Shown piece after piece: positions 1-11,796 of a stretch of DNA of 64,000 nt (positions are counted from its first letter, which is position 1; each line of letters starts with the position of its first letter). The stretch lies in NCBI GenBank assembly GCA_951406725.2, contig OX597815.1, positions 21,390,001 through 21,454,000 of the forward strand. Direction: 5' to 3'. The stretch is from Octopus vulgaris. Its lineage: Eukaryota. The notes below the pieces were generated by a model, which saw only the letters and a program-made list of their open reading frames with translations, did not search any database and was not told the origin of the DNA. The position numbers and the translations under genes are program-made.

Positions 1-290
1 CTGAAATAAGATGTAACAGTCAAAGCAGGAATGCCTTTGATCATAGATCTTTTCAATTAGGATTGGTCTGAGGTTAATGACCATTCTGGTATTACTGGAT
101 GTGAAGACTCTAACTACAATCATTATCATATTCACCTACGACCCGTTCTTAATTGTTATTGATTACTGAAGTCAATTCACTTTCTCATATTCACTTTATA
201 TGATGCCAGTTTGGTTCATAACATTTCTCCAGTTTTGCAGATCAGATATTAGAATGAATTATGTAAAATATTTTATCTCTTCTTTTTCAG

Positions 291-419
291 GTTGACAACA
301 GTAGTAAAACAGTTACCAAAAGCAAAAAGAAAACTTTGAGTAAAATTTCTATCGCAAAACGTGCTTTAAGGAAAAACATTGAATTAAACACAAAGATTAA
401 GTTTGATGATGATGGAGAG
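291..419 (+). CDS. DDX10: DDX10 (DEAD-box helicase, Dbp4 orthologue) C-terminal coding exon; gene begins upstream of the window
   Basis: tttttcag|GTT...GAG|gttagt, 43 codons VDNSSKTVTKSKKKTLSKISIAKRALRKNIELNTKIKFDDDGE; resembles recalled DDX10 'AKKVMKRNFKVNKKITFTDEGE'. Confidence 0.88.
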
Positions 420-1769
420 GTTAGTATAAAGTTGAAGCCTTTGTTAATTATGTTTTACCTCTGAATAAATTTCAGTCCAAAGATAGATTGACTGTTAAAA
501 TATTTTCAAAAATCTGCAATAAACATATATTCATGTTTGTACACACATACATACCTGTATGCTTAAATATACAAATGCATACCATTGTAGTCAGTATCCA
601 TTTTTCTTTGGCAATATACATTACACAGATGTACACTACAGCATTTTTCAACATCTCACTTGTGCATCATCTCTTCCATTGTCCTCTTCTACCACCACAC
701 AACACCTCTTATCGTATGTCCATACTAATGCAGATATCTCTTCTACATATATCAACAAACACCCTCATATTCAAATACTTTCCTAATTTACTTGTACTCA
801 AGAAATTTCAACCGTGTTTCGTGGTCTGCTACCACAACAGCTCCTTTATAGGATCCAGTTAGCTCAAGACATCATCAGGAGGAACCACGTCCGGTTTTGG
901 CCCCTACTCCTCTACCGTTTTGACGTAGCACCCCCCTTTCGGAGGTGTCTTCAGCTCTGGTGTTGGGTGCATGTCTTCTTTCTTCTGTTCCCTGGCCTCT
1001 TCGATGTAGCGTAAACGAGTGTCAGTGGACGACTGACTGTCTTGTCAAAGTTTTTAGCCAGGTTTTCAAGCTTTTGTTCGTCGTCGCCTTTGAATTTGGT
1101 GGTCATTCTTGCTACCGCGTTGTCAAATTTTTTATAACTCGCTGCGTCATTTGCTTTCGGTCACTTAATCTTTGTCCTCTTCACGCCTATCACTCTTTTT
1201 GACTTTTCCAATTCAACTATGGAATGAACCTCGCTATGGTTATTTTCCAGGAGGTTCTGGCCACACATCTTATGGTTTATCAACCATAAGCTCCTTTTCT
1301 CTAGTTATTGAAGATCTTCAATTTCTCTGCGCCATGAAGTATCAACCTTGTAACACAAACCTTGTTTCATATTCTCTTCACAGAGAGAATCACTATCAAC
1401 AATAATAATAATAAGCTTCTTCATTTCATGTGATACCTTTGATGTTAAATCATCGTTAGCTTAACCTCAACAGCCAATTTGTCTTTTTGAGGTCCAAATA
1501 CATTTTTTTGTGTATCGTCAGTTAATGATTTTTCTACCTATTTCCAATCCTGCATATTGAACATAACTATTTCTCCTTACATTTGGATTTTAAAACTTCC
1601 TGTCACTAACTAATATTTTAATTGTTTCTATGTTCCCCTTTTGGTTCATTGATTTGTCTCCACTCTTCCACCGTATTTCAAATTTCCAGTGTCACATTTA
1701 CATCGATAGTAATGAAGATCCCTACTGATAATACAGTAGATATCCTACCAGAATAGTGACTAGTGAAAA

Positions 1770-2172
1770 GGCGGTGAGCTGGCAGAAACGTTAGCATGCT
1801 AGGCAAAATGCTTAGCGATATTTCGTCTGACGCTACGTTCTGAGTTCAAATTCCGCCGAGGTTGACTTTGCCTTCCATCCTTTCAGGGTCGATAAATTAA
1901 GTACCAGTTACGCACTGGGATCAATGTAATCGACTTGATCCGTTTGTCCCCTCTATGTTTAGCCCCTAGTGGGTAATGAAGAAATAAGTTTTTCGTCTGC
2001 CGCTATGTTCTGAGTTCAAATTCTGCCGAGGTTGACTTTGCCTTTCATCCTTTCAGGGTCGATTAAATAAGTACCAGTTACGCACTGGGGTCGATATAAT
2101 CGACTTGATCCGTTTGTCTGTCCTTGTTTGTCCCCTCTGTGTGTAGCCCCTTGTAGGCAGTAAAGAAATAAG
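1770..2172 (+). mobile_element. tRNA-derived SINE family A (Nin-like core), partial dimer. Other copies: 10043-10275+, 21672-21900+, 26352-26583-, 29547-29777+, 51912-52145-, 54142-54290+, 62823-63055+
   Basis: A box tggcagaaacgttag, B box gagttcaaattcc, core gcctttcatcctttcggggtcgataaattaagtacc; 16-18 bp TSDs (e.g. agaataatatcataacac at 21654 and 21901). Confidence 0.9.
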
Positions 2173-3914
2173 AATAGTGGCTAATGTTAGCAAGAAATAA
2201 GGGTGTCCGAATGAAAGTGGGTTATCATATTTGTGTAGGAATAAATGGTATTAGAGAGGATATTAATGGGGAAAAAAAGTATAAAAGATCTTCAAAATCT
2301 TTAGGGAACAACTGAGTTGGTGGAGAGTAAGGTTAATAATGATACCAAAAAAGTTATGAGGAAATCACCAGCAATCTTTATCTGTTTCTCCATGCTGGTA
2401 TAGTTTAGACTTGCCTAATGTATATTCCTCTCTGTCTCTTATTTCTTTTTATGAGGAATAACAGCTTAAGCTATGACTTTATCACTTCATATCTTCTTTG
2501 TTTTTCCTTTATCAGGTGACCTTCATTAACCGTACATTACACTTATTGTCCATTCACATTACATCTCCACACTAACATATTTGTCTCTCCTGCAGACATT
2601 GACTGCAGATTTTAGTATTCAGTGACTCTCTCAGTTCTATATGTAATACCTATGTCTCACCAGAGTGAACATTGCATTTCTTACTGCTTCATTCAAGCTG
2701 CCTTTAAAATAAAGAAAGAACTGGCTTCCGTGCCAGTGGCACATAAAAGGCACCATTCGGGTGTGATCATTGCCAGCTTCGCCTTACTGGCACTTGTGCC
2801 CCGTGCAAGTAGGGTGCTAAGAGCACCATCCGAACGTGATCATTGCCAGAGCGGCTAACTAGCTTCTGTGCCGGTGGCATGTAGGAGGCACCATTGGAGC
2901 TGGATCATTACCAGCATCGCCTTACTGGCACCTGTGCCATTCGCATGTGTAAAAGATTCGAGCAAGGTCGTTGCCAGTACCACCTGACTGGCCTCGTGCC
3001 TGTGGCACGTAAAAGCACCCACTACACTCTCGGAGTGGTTGGCGTTAGGAAGGGCATCCAGCTGCAGAAACTCTGCCAGATCAAGACTGGAGCCTGGTGC
3101 AGCCATCAGGTTCGCCAGCCCACAGTCAAACCATCCAACCCATGCAAGCTGCCTTTAAAATAAAGAAAGAAACTCTTTGTTGCCAGTACAAACAAACGTG
3201 TATTATATGTTATATGTATCACTGTAGTGCTGCAGTTAATTTAATTGGTTTACACCTCTTCACCAAAAATGTTCATAATTTTGCTATTAAAGTCAGCAGT
3301 CATTATATATGTTTTTACTATATCACCATAAAAAAATCCAACTATTATTCATCATCTGAAGTTCATTTTACCCTAATGGCATGGGTTGAACAGGTTTGTC
3401 AAACAGTATCCCCCTGTATCGATCAAAATCAATGGAAATTGTAGTTGTGATACCAGTGCCGGTGGCGCGTAAGAGAACCATCCGAACGTGGCCGTTGCCA
3501 GCGCCGTCCCGACCGGCCTCCATGCCAGTGGCATGTAAAAAGCACCATCCAATCATGGCCGTTGCCAGCCTCTTCTGGCACGTAAAAGGCACCCACTACA
3601 CTCACGGAGTGGTTGGCATTAGGAAGGGCATCCAGCTGTAGAAACACTGCCAGATCAGACTGGGCCTGGTGCAGCCTTCTGGCTTCCCAGACCTCATTTG
3701 AACCGTCCAACCCATGCTAGCATGGAAAGCAGACGTTAAATGATGATGATGATCATCATCATCATCATCATTGTGGGATCCAACATTCTCAAATCTGACT
3801 TCACCCTCACTACTATAAATAATTATTTAAATGCTTAAATATTTATTTCCGTGTGTTCCCTGTTGTGTATATAAAGGAAAGCTCCATTTGTTTGTTCTGT
3901 TCATGTAATTTCAG

Positions 3915-4073
3915 GTTGTTAAAGATATGTATAAACATGCCCAAACTTCAGGTAGAGAAACCAGTCAGTCAGATGTTTGTGGAATAAATATTGAAGAAGC
4001 CAAAATGTACATGAAGGCCGAAGATATAGTGGATAAACAAATTTACCATGACAAAGTAAATGCAAAACACAAA
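3915..4073 (+). CDS. DDX10: DDX10 coding exon
   Basis: tttcag|GTT...AAA|gtaagt, phase 0, VVKDMY...CGINIEEAKMYMKAEDIVDKQIYHDKVNAKHK; resembles DDX10 'GGINLHKAKERLQEEDKFDKEEYRKKIKAKH'. Confidence 0.9.
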
Positions 4074-4118
4074 GTAAGTAACAGACATCATCATCATTTA
4101 ACATGTCCTCTATGCTGT

Positions 4119-4648
4119 TGTAAAGGGAACTGGTTGCTTCTTTACACTTTTGGGGTGCAACTTGGGTGCAACACAATTTCCTTTCTTTTTGTTTCTAGAA
4201 ACTACCAGTCAGGAACGAAACGCAAGTTTAAAAATATATACAATTCTTTATTCTCTGTTTCAACAATGAAACACGATGGTATACTGGTATCCACCTAGTT
4301 CAACACAGCAAGGCTGAATTCTAATGTTTGTAAGCTTCTTACAACAATTCAGCAGAATAGAACAGGTTAAATCCTAAGCGTCTGGGACAGGAGAATAGGC
4401 TGATCACACGTTTAAAATACGTCCTTTCTCTTCTATCGCTGTGTCTCAAGTCCCCGACGCTATTAAGGAACGGGATAGAATTTTTTCTTCAGTCTCTAGC
4501 GCATGTGCATGAGGCAACTTCCTTATGCCTTTCCAGAAAGTTCCAGAAGGTTCCAACCCCGCACACGCACACTGAAGAAGGACGTTCCGCACACACACAC
4601 TGAAGAATGACGTTGTGTGTGCGCACACTGGAATATGACGTCACTACA
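4119..4648 (-). mobile_element. solo LTR (Gypsy-like) inserted into a SINE tail
   Basis: TGTA...TACA termini, 4-bp TSD CTGT (4115-4118 and 4649-4652), minus-strand AATAAA near 4247; splits the motif catgctg|catgggttg. Confidence 0.75.
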
Positions 4649-4876
4649 CTGTCATGGGTTGAACAATATTTTCTAAATATTCTTCCAATTTGCAAGAAGT
4701 TGTTTTTATATCAAGTCTTGTTGATTAGTATTTTTTTCTCCTTTTTACAAGTTAGTGATGGGTAGGTAGAGCAGTGGCCATAACCTTTGAACTCTTCCCC
4801 AAGTTGAAAAATTGATGTATTGATGTTGCTGATGTCCAGCCTGAATATCTGCAAATCAATATTGGCAAGAAAAATA

Positions 4877-5292
4877 GGATCTTTTCGGTTTGAACGGCAG
4901 TTTTTTTCTAGCGGTGTCATATATAATTGTCACCCATAATTATGACCCTAGTATCGATCTATTGCATTTCAATCTGTTTTAGGGTTAGGGGTGGGGTTAA
5001 AGGGTATCTTTTTTTCTTCACAAATGTAAATAAACCCAAACTGTTTCTTAAACGAGGGACATATTCATGCGGCACAGAATGTTTTTTTTTACCTCAATAG
5101 ATGTCATTGATTGGTTGAAATTGCAGAAATTGAAGAAAAAAACGACAAATATCTTACAAACTATAGAATTTTCTCAATAAAGCCAAGAGAAAAAGGTGTT
5201 TTATAAACACATTCTACCAGTATACGAAGTTTAAAAGTGTTTAGTTACGTGGAAATTATTTTAAAAAACTGCCGTTCAAACCGAAAAGATCC
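4877..5292. mobile_element. MITE with GGATCTTTTCGGTTTGAACGGCAG TIRs (Merlin-like)
   Basis: TIRs and 8-bp TSD GAAAAATA; four related elements in the window. Confidence 0.9.
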
Positions 5293-6539
5293 GAAAAATA
5301 TGTATTTGGAAGGAACTAGTGTGGGTATCTGGTTTAAATACAAGCAACAAATTATTCTCTGCTAAAGACACCCAAGGACCAAATGGTGTGTTCAGTCAGC
5401 TATATTTTATGAGCAGAATCTTTCTGATTTAATCTTTTGCATATGAATTTTTGGAATAAATTGTTTGCTTTTACCAATTATTATTGACTTCAAGGAAAAG
5501 GAAGCACATAATAGCCATTTGTAGGTTCTCTTGGATTGGTGATATCAATGTGGTTGATCTTCAGTTAGAATGTCTGCTTATTGATTAAAAGTGAGAAGGG
5601 AGAAAATTCCTTTAAGTTAAAGTCCTGGAGAGAAAGAATTGAGCAAAATATTTTGTGCCAGGTCTGATGGGGTGATGCACAGTTAGCATCATAAGAGAAG
5701 AGAATGGGGCATTATGTGGGATTTTTTTTTTCAGAACTTGTACACAGTTTACTAGTCTGGAGAAGCAGGGGCCATCATCATTGTTGTTGTTATTGTTAAG
5801 ACAAGGGCGGATACAGAGTATCAGAATTTTTTTTTTTTTTTTTGCTCCAGGCTGACCCTGTTCCAGCATCCCTATGATCAATGACATTCCAGCTTTGACC
5901 ATTTCATCTTTTTTTTTCAACCACAGTATATCTAGGACTACATTACCCAATATATACCCCTTTTTGTTTTTAGGGTTGTGGGGTTTGATTTTAGGATGTT
6001 TGGCTACTATTTTTAGCGGATTAAATGACCACATATAATTGGCTTCCATGTTAGCTCATATACTAGGAGCTTTAGGGTGTTATCTAAGGAATATTTATTC
6101 ATTCAGCAAATGGCTTGTTTTTGAATTAGATGCAGTCTGAAATGTTTGTTGTATACAGTGTGCAGGTGAACTGGTGCTGTACTACTCACCACATGACCAT
6201 GAGCTCTATAGTGTTGCCTCTTTAAATTAAGGTACATAACTCTTTGTACCCCAATCTGACCTGACTGCAGATTTTATTTTTATTCCACAGTTAATCTGTC
6301 AATAACTATTGCTCTGGTCCTGCAATGGTAGAATTTAGAATACTAGACAAAGTGCCTCTTGTAAGGACTGGTATCAAGTTGGTTTACTATACTCCTTCCC
6401 TAAAGTTTTAATCTTGTGCCTCTTGATGGCAAATAGAAGGAATCAGAATCAGAATCATTAGTGAGTTAGACAAAATGCTTAGCAGCATTTGTAAATTCAA
6501 ATTCCATCAAGGTCAGCTTTGCCTCTCATCCTTTCAAGA

Positions 6540-7030
6540 TTCATCATTTAGCATCTAACCCATGCCATGCCGGCATGGGTTAGGTGGTTTGACTGGGACT
6601 AGTAAGTCAGAGAGCTGCACCAAGCTCCACTGTGTTTTGGCTTGGTTTCTACTGTTAGATGTCCTTCCTAATGCCAACCACTCCATAGAATGTAGTGGGT
6701 GCCTTTTACATGTCACCAACACTGGCCACAACTACAATTTTACTTGGCTTGACCTGTCTTCTCAAGGACAACAAATCACCAAAGGTCTCAGTCACTTGTT
6801 ATCACCTCCACTAGATTCAACATCCGAAAATCATACTTGACCACCTCATCCCATGTCCTGAGTGTACCTTTTCCACAGGTTATCTCCACAGAGAACGGCA
6901 CTTTGTTACACAGCTATTCTTGTCCATCTGCATCACATGACCAAACCTGCACAATCTTCTCTCTTGCACACTACACCTGATGCTTCTTATACCCAATTTT
7001 TCTCTCAGGATGCTTACAATCTGTCATATA
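6540..7030 (-). mobile_element. RTE LINE 3' fragment (same family as 45531)
   Basis: similar to the 45531-46260 sequence; catcatttag tail. Confidence 0.7.
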
Positions 7031-7037
7031 TGTACAC

Positions 7038-7260
7038 TACTTACTTACTTGAGACAGCATTCACCCGGGGTGGGTTGAGCTGGCTTAATTCATCCTCAGT
7101 GCTGCATCTCTCACAAACGATGACCAGACCTGGCGATTTGAGGCTAACAACTGTGTGATCTCCAACCACTCCTTATTCCAGTGGCGAACACCGTAGATAT
7201 GGGGGCCTAGGTTGGGTTCCAGATCAGCCAGGTTTTTCGTTGTCCACCTTCAAATATTCC
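7038..7260 (-). mobile_element. second RTE-clade LINE 3' end with a (TAAG)n tail
   Basis: DLEPNLGPHIYGVRHWNKEWLEITQLLASNRQVWSSFVRDA followed by aagtaagtaagt. Confidence 0.65.
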
Positions 7261-7845
7261 TCATGCATAAAAAAAATATATGTACACTGACATTGATAAA
7301 ATAAAGTATCAGTGAAGTAATGAAGTCAATGATATTGGCTAAACCCCCTCCTCCAAAATTGCTGGCTTATGTCAAAACCTGAAACCATTATTATTAAATA
7401 GTTTCTTGTAGTTTGTTAAATCCTAGACATTTATTTTTTTATCAATGCAATAATAACCACAAATAATGGCACGTAAAAAGCACCCACTACACTCTTGGAG
7501 TGGTTGGCGTTAGGAAGGGCATCCAGCTGTAGAAACTCTGCCAGATCAAGACTGGAGCCTGGTGCAGCCATCAGGTTCACCAGCCCACAGTCAAAACCGT
7601 CCAACCTATGCTAGCATGGAAAACGGACGTTAAATGATGATGATGATGAATAACCACTAATTTCTGTTTTTATACCAAATATATTCTCTTAAAAATCCTT
7701 TTAACTCTTTCTAGTTTAGGGCTCAGAATAGTATTTTTTTTAAATGCATGATTTTTCAGGTTTTATCTCCTTTCACTTCACTTTCCTCATAAATATATAT
7801 CTTTTAATACCTGTTTTAATTTTCATTTTACTTTGTGTCTTTTAG

Positions 7846-7890
7846 GAAATCCGATTTAAAAGGAAAGAAATGCTGCGTGAGAAGAGAATG
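7846..7890 (+). CDS. DDX10: DDX10 coding exon
   Basis: ttttag|GAA...ATG|gtaact, 15 codons EIRFKRKEMLREKRM, continuing the 'REKRLKERE' region in phase 0. Confidence 0.8.
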
Positions 7891-8373
7891 GTAACTCGTG
7901 ATTTAACTATTTTGTTTTTTGTTTTTTATTGCTCTTTGTTTTTGTTTTTAATCTATTTAATTTAGTTTTTAAATTTAATTTTCCCCTATATGTTTACCTA
8001 ATTAATGGACTAGCATGATCTGTATCTGCAATTAAGAATTACTCAAATTTTTTGTTATACAAGATGGTTATCAATTCAAGATATTGGAATGTAAAAATTA
8101 TTATTTTTCAAACAATTAACTTCATCTTTAGAGATGGAAATAGGTTTGATATTTACACCTACATTACATTCCTCTGTTTGGTCTCTGATCATCATATAGG
8201 CACAGGAGTGGCTGTGTGGTAAGTAGCTTGCTTATCAACCACATGGTTCCAGGTTCAGTCCCATTGCGTGGCACCTTGGGCAAGTGTCTTCTACTATAGC
8301 CTCAGGCCGACAAAAGCCCTCTGAGTGGATTTGGTAGACGGAAACTGAAAGAAGCCTGTCGTATATATGTATG

Positions 8374-8418
<45 letters not shown>

Positions 8419-10780
8419 GCGTGTGTTTGTATGTCTGTGTTTGTCCCCCGCAACATTGCTTCACAACTGATGCTGGTGTGTTTACGTCCCTGTAACTTAG
8501 CAGTTCGGCTAAGTTACGAGACCAATAGAATAAGTACTAGGCTTACGAAGAATAAGTCTTGGGGTCGATTTGCTCAACTAAAGGCGGTGCTCCAGCATGG
8601 CCGCAGTCAAATGACTGAAACAAGTTAAAGAGTATGAGCTCCAGCTCTTATTATTGTCTATATTGTACACTTGAGTAAGATAGGTAACTCTGTTTGCTCT
8701 AAATTTGCTAACTAAACAAGAAACAGTCTTAGAATAAGTACTAGGCTTACAAAGAATAAGTCCCGGGGTCGATTTGCTCGACTAAAGGCGGTGCTCCAGC
8801 ATGGCCGCAGTCAAATGACTGAAACAAAAGAGTAAAAGAGTAAAGAGAGAGTCTCACTCTGATTCCCAATTAAGATTGGTAGTATAAAGGGCATCTAGCT
8901 ATAAAATTAATTGATCAAAATAAACCATACCCCAATGCAATCTTGGAAAAATTTAATGTAAAAATTATTATGATTTTTCAAACGATTAACTTCGTCTTTA
9001 GCGATGGAAATAGGTTTGATATTTACATCTACATTACATTCCTCTGTTTGGTCTCTGATCATCATTAAGTGTTCTTTTTCTGGATGTATACATACTGTTA
9101 ACTTAGATTTAAACTGGGTGTCTTTTTCTTTGGTTTCTGAACTAAGGACAATCACTTGTTTCCACTAGGTTGTTACTCTCTCTTTACTCTTTTACTTGTT
9201 TCAGTCATTTGACTGAGGCCATGCTGGAGCACCGCCTTTAATCGAGAAACTCGATCCCGGGACTTATTCTTTTGTAAGCCCAGTACTTATTCTATCGGTC
9301 TCTTTTGCCGAACCGCTAAGTAACGGGGACATAAACACACCAGCATCGGTTGTCAAGCAATGCTAGGGGGACAAACAGACACACAAACACACATACATAT
9401 ATATATATATATACATATATACGACAGGCTTCTTTCAGTTTCCGTCTACCAAATCCACTCACAAAGCATTGGTCGGCCCGGGGCTACAGCAGAAGACACT
9501 TGCCCAAGATGCCACGCAGTGGGACTGAACCCGGAACCAGTCCCACTGCGTGGCACCTTGGGCAAGTGTCTTCTGCTATAGCCCCAGGCCGACCAATGTT
9601 GTTCAATTATTATTACAAAATTAGAGTGTATATTCATCTATCAGTATCATATTCAGCTGATTTTAACTGAATATGATTGTATTATATAAAAAATGAATAT
9701 AAACCTAAAAATATAACACAACAGCCTGATGCATATACCATGAGGTAAAAATAGATATAAATAACTTATGAATGGAGTATTAAATGAATGTGATCTACAT
9801 TTCATTCTAGTAATATTATATACATCAATAAAAGGAGTCAACATTGCCTGTCATACTTTCAGGTCCAAAAATATAAGTATTAGTCAGTTTGTAGGATCGA
9901 TATATGATTGACTGTACCTTCCCCTAAAATAGCTTTGTGCTTTAGAAATTAATATTATATTAGACATCAGTAAAAAAGTTTAACCATGTGATGTTACATC
10001 GTTTATAGACATTATATTTCTAAATGGTATACTCCATAACAAGGTGGCGAGCTGGCAGAAATGCTACCACGCGGGGCGAAATGCTTAGCAGTATTTCTTC
10101 TGCCGCTACATTCTGAGTTCAAATTCTGCCGAGGTCGACTTTGCCTTTCATCCTTTCGGGGTCGATAAATTAAGTACCAGTTATGCACTGGGGTCGATAT
10201 AATCGACTTAATCCGTTTGTCTGACCTTGTTTGTCCTCTCTGTGTTTAGCCCCTTGTGGGTAGTAAAGAAATAGGTATTTATCCAATATATTTATCTCCA
10301 TAACATATCAGATAATTAGATTAAACTTTCAACTTTTATTTTCTGAATCTGACAGAGTTCTGAATTCTGTAAGACATAATTATTGCTTCAGAATCAAAGC
10401 TATTTCAAAGAATGGAAAATTCATAAGTCAGTCTTTCAAAATTAAGAAAATAACTTTCCCTATAAAATAATAGCCAGAAATAAAGATCTGTGTCTGAAGA
10501 AAAATGATTACACAGCATTAATTACAACTTTAAAGTACCATGAAAATTTGCCAGTAATTAAATTTTTTTGTTTATTTGTTTATTCAAGACTTAAGATTTG
10601 ATGTAAATTCTGTGTGTTCCTATAAGTGTGGGTATAGATGCAAACATATAGAAAAGAATTAAGAGTAGCCATTTGAGAAATCAAATTGTCCTAGGACACA
10701 TAGCTTCAGTTTCTACTGATTAATTCACTTTTGCATCTCTTTTGTAAATCAAGAAAAGATCTAGCAGAAAACTGGTAACA

Positions 10781-11147
10781 TCTCTATATATATAAATGGC
10801 AAAATGTCTGTCTGTATGTGTGTGTATCCTTTATACAAATCCACAATTTTTCAGTTAGAGGGCTCACACTTTCTATGGTCATTCAAAACCGTTCAAGGGT
10901 GGTCTTGCACATCTTTACATTTCCCCAGTCACCCTGCAAAGCCATTAAAAAAATCAATTGAAGTGTCTTTTTTGTGAATTTTCTATCCAAATCCCAATCA
11001 AAATGCCCGAAACTTGATACGCCGATTGAATGCCAGCTAGCTGTATGTGATTGGTCGGAGATTTGGACAGTACTCGTGTGTATGTGCGTACGCACGCAGC
11101 TGTATATGCATGCACTATGACCCGGTGTTGCCTGGTCATAGTGCTAG
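10781..11147 (+). mobile_element. non-autonomous Helitron
   Basis: A|TC start, 3' hairpin gcactatgacc...ggtcatagtgc, CTAG|T end, no TSD. Confidence 0.8.
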
Positions 11148-11434
11148 TAAGATGTTACTTTGTTTACAATATGTATGTATCTTATTTATTGGACTTACAT
11201 TTATTACAAATTTTAAAACCAGTTTTTTAAAAAAGACTTATGATTTGTAAATTACTGGCATATAAGCATCAGATGTTTGAGGAATTCTTTTTTACTGCAT
11301 GCACTGATTTCACTGTATTGCCCTGTTACATGCCTAGAACAAAGTGAGACCATAACATTTATAAAAAAAATATTAAGACCTCTAAATTACTATTCTCTAA
11401 ATTTAATTTATATTTTTGTCTTGAATCTTATTAG

Positions 11435-11577
11435 AAGAATCAACGTTCAGTTGTTCTGCGGACTGGCAGTGATGAAGAATCTCAAGGTTATTCTGATTAT
11501 GGTGAACCTGGAAATGACTATGATGAAAATTATTCTGAAGATGAAGTTTCTAATGAATCTGATGACAATAGTATTTG
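11435..11577 (+). CDS. DDX10: DDX10 acidic coding exon
   Basis: ttattag|AAG...TTG|gtatgt, KNQRSVVLRTGSDEESQGYSDYGEPGNDYDENYSEDEVSNESDDNSI; ends in phase 2, matching the next exon. Confidence 0.8.
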
Positions 11578-11796
11578 GTATGTAGCACTGCCTCTAATTC
11601 TCAATCATAAACCTGCTATGCAAGTCACTATTAATTTAGTTTATGCTATCATTAATGAATTATCTCCTGAAACCCATTTATTTAATTGTTTCAACAAATT
11701 TTATAGATTTTTATTATCTAATTAATCTGAAATTTTTTTTTCAATATGATGATTAATTTGCATAATATCCAAGAATCGGCAGATGCCAGATAAAAA

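Noticed and set aside
805-885. Third hammerhead-like string on the minus strand (CUGAUGA...GAAAC)
   Set aside because: Stems I and II do not pair convincingly
1770-1860. tRNA genes suggested by A/B boxes
   Set aside because: These are SINE heads continuing into SINE bodies; no complete cloverleaf is visible
11571-11576. Alternative DDX10 donor gtattt
   Set aside because: It gives phase 1, incompatible with the terminal exon; gtatgt at 11578 fits
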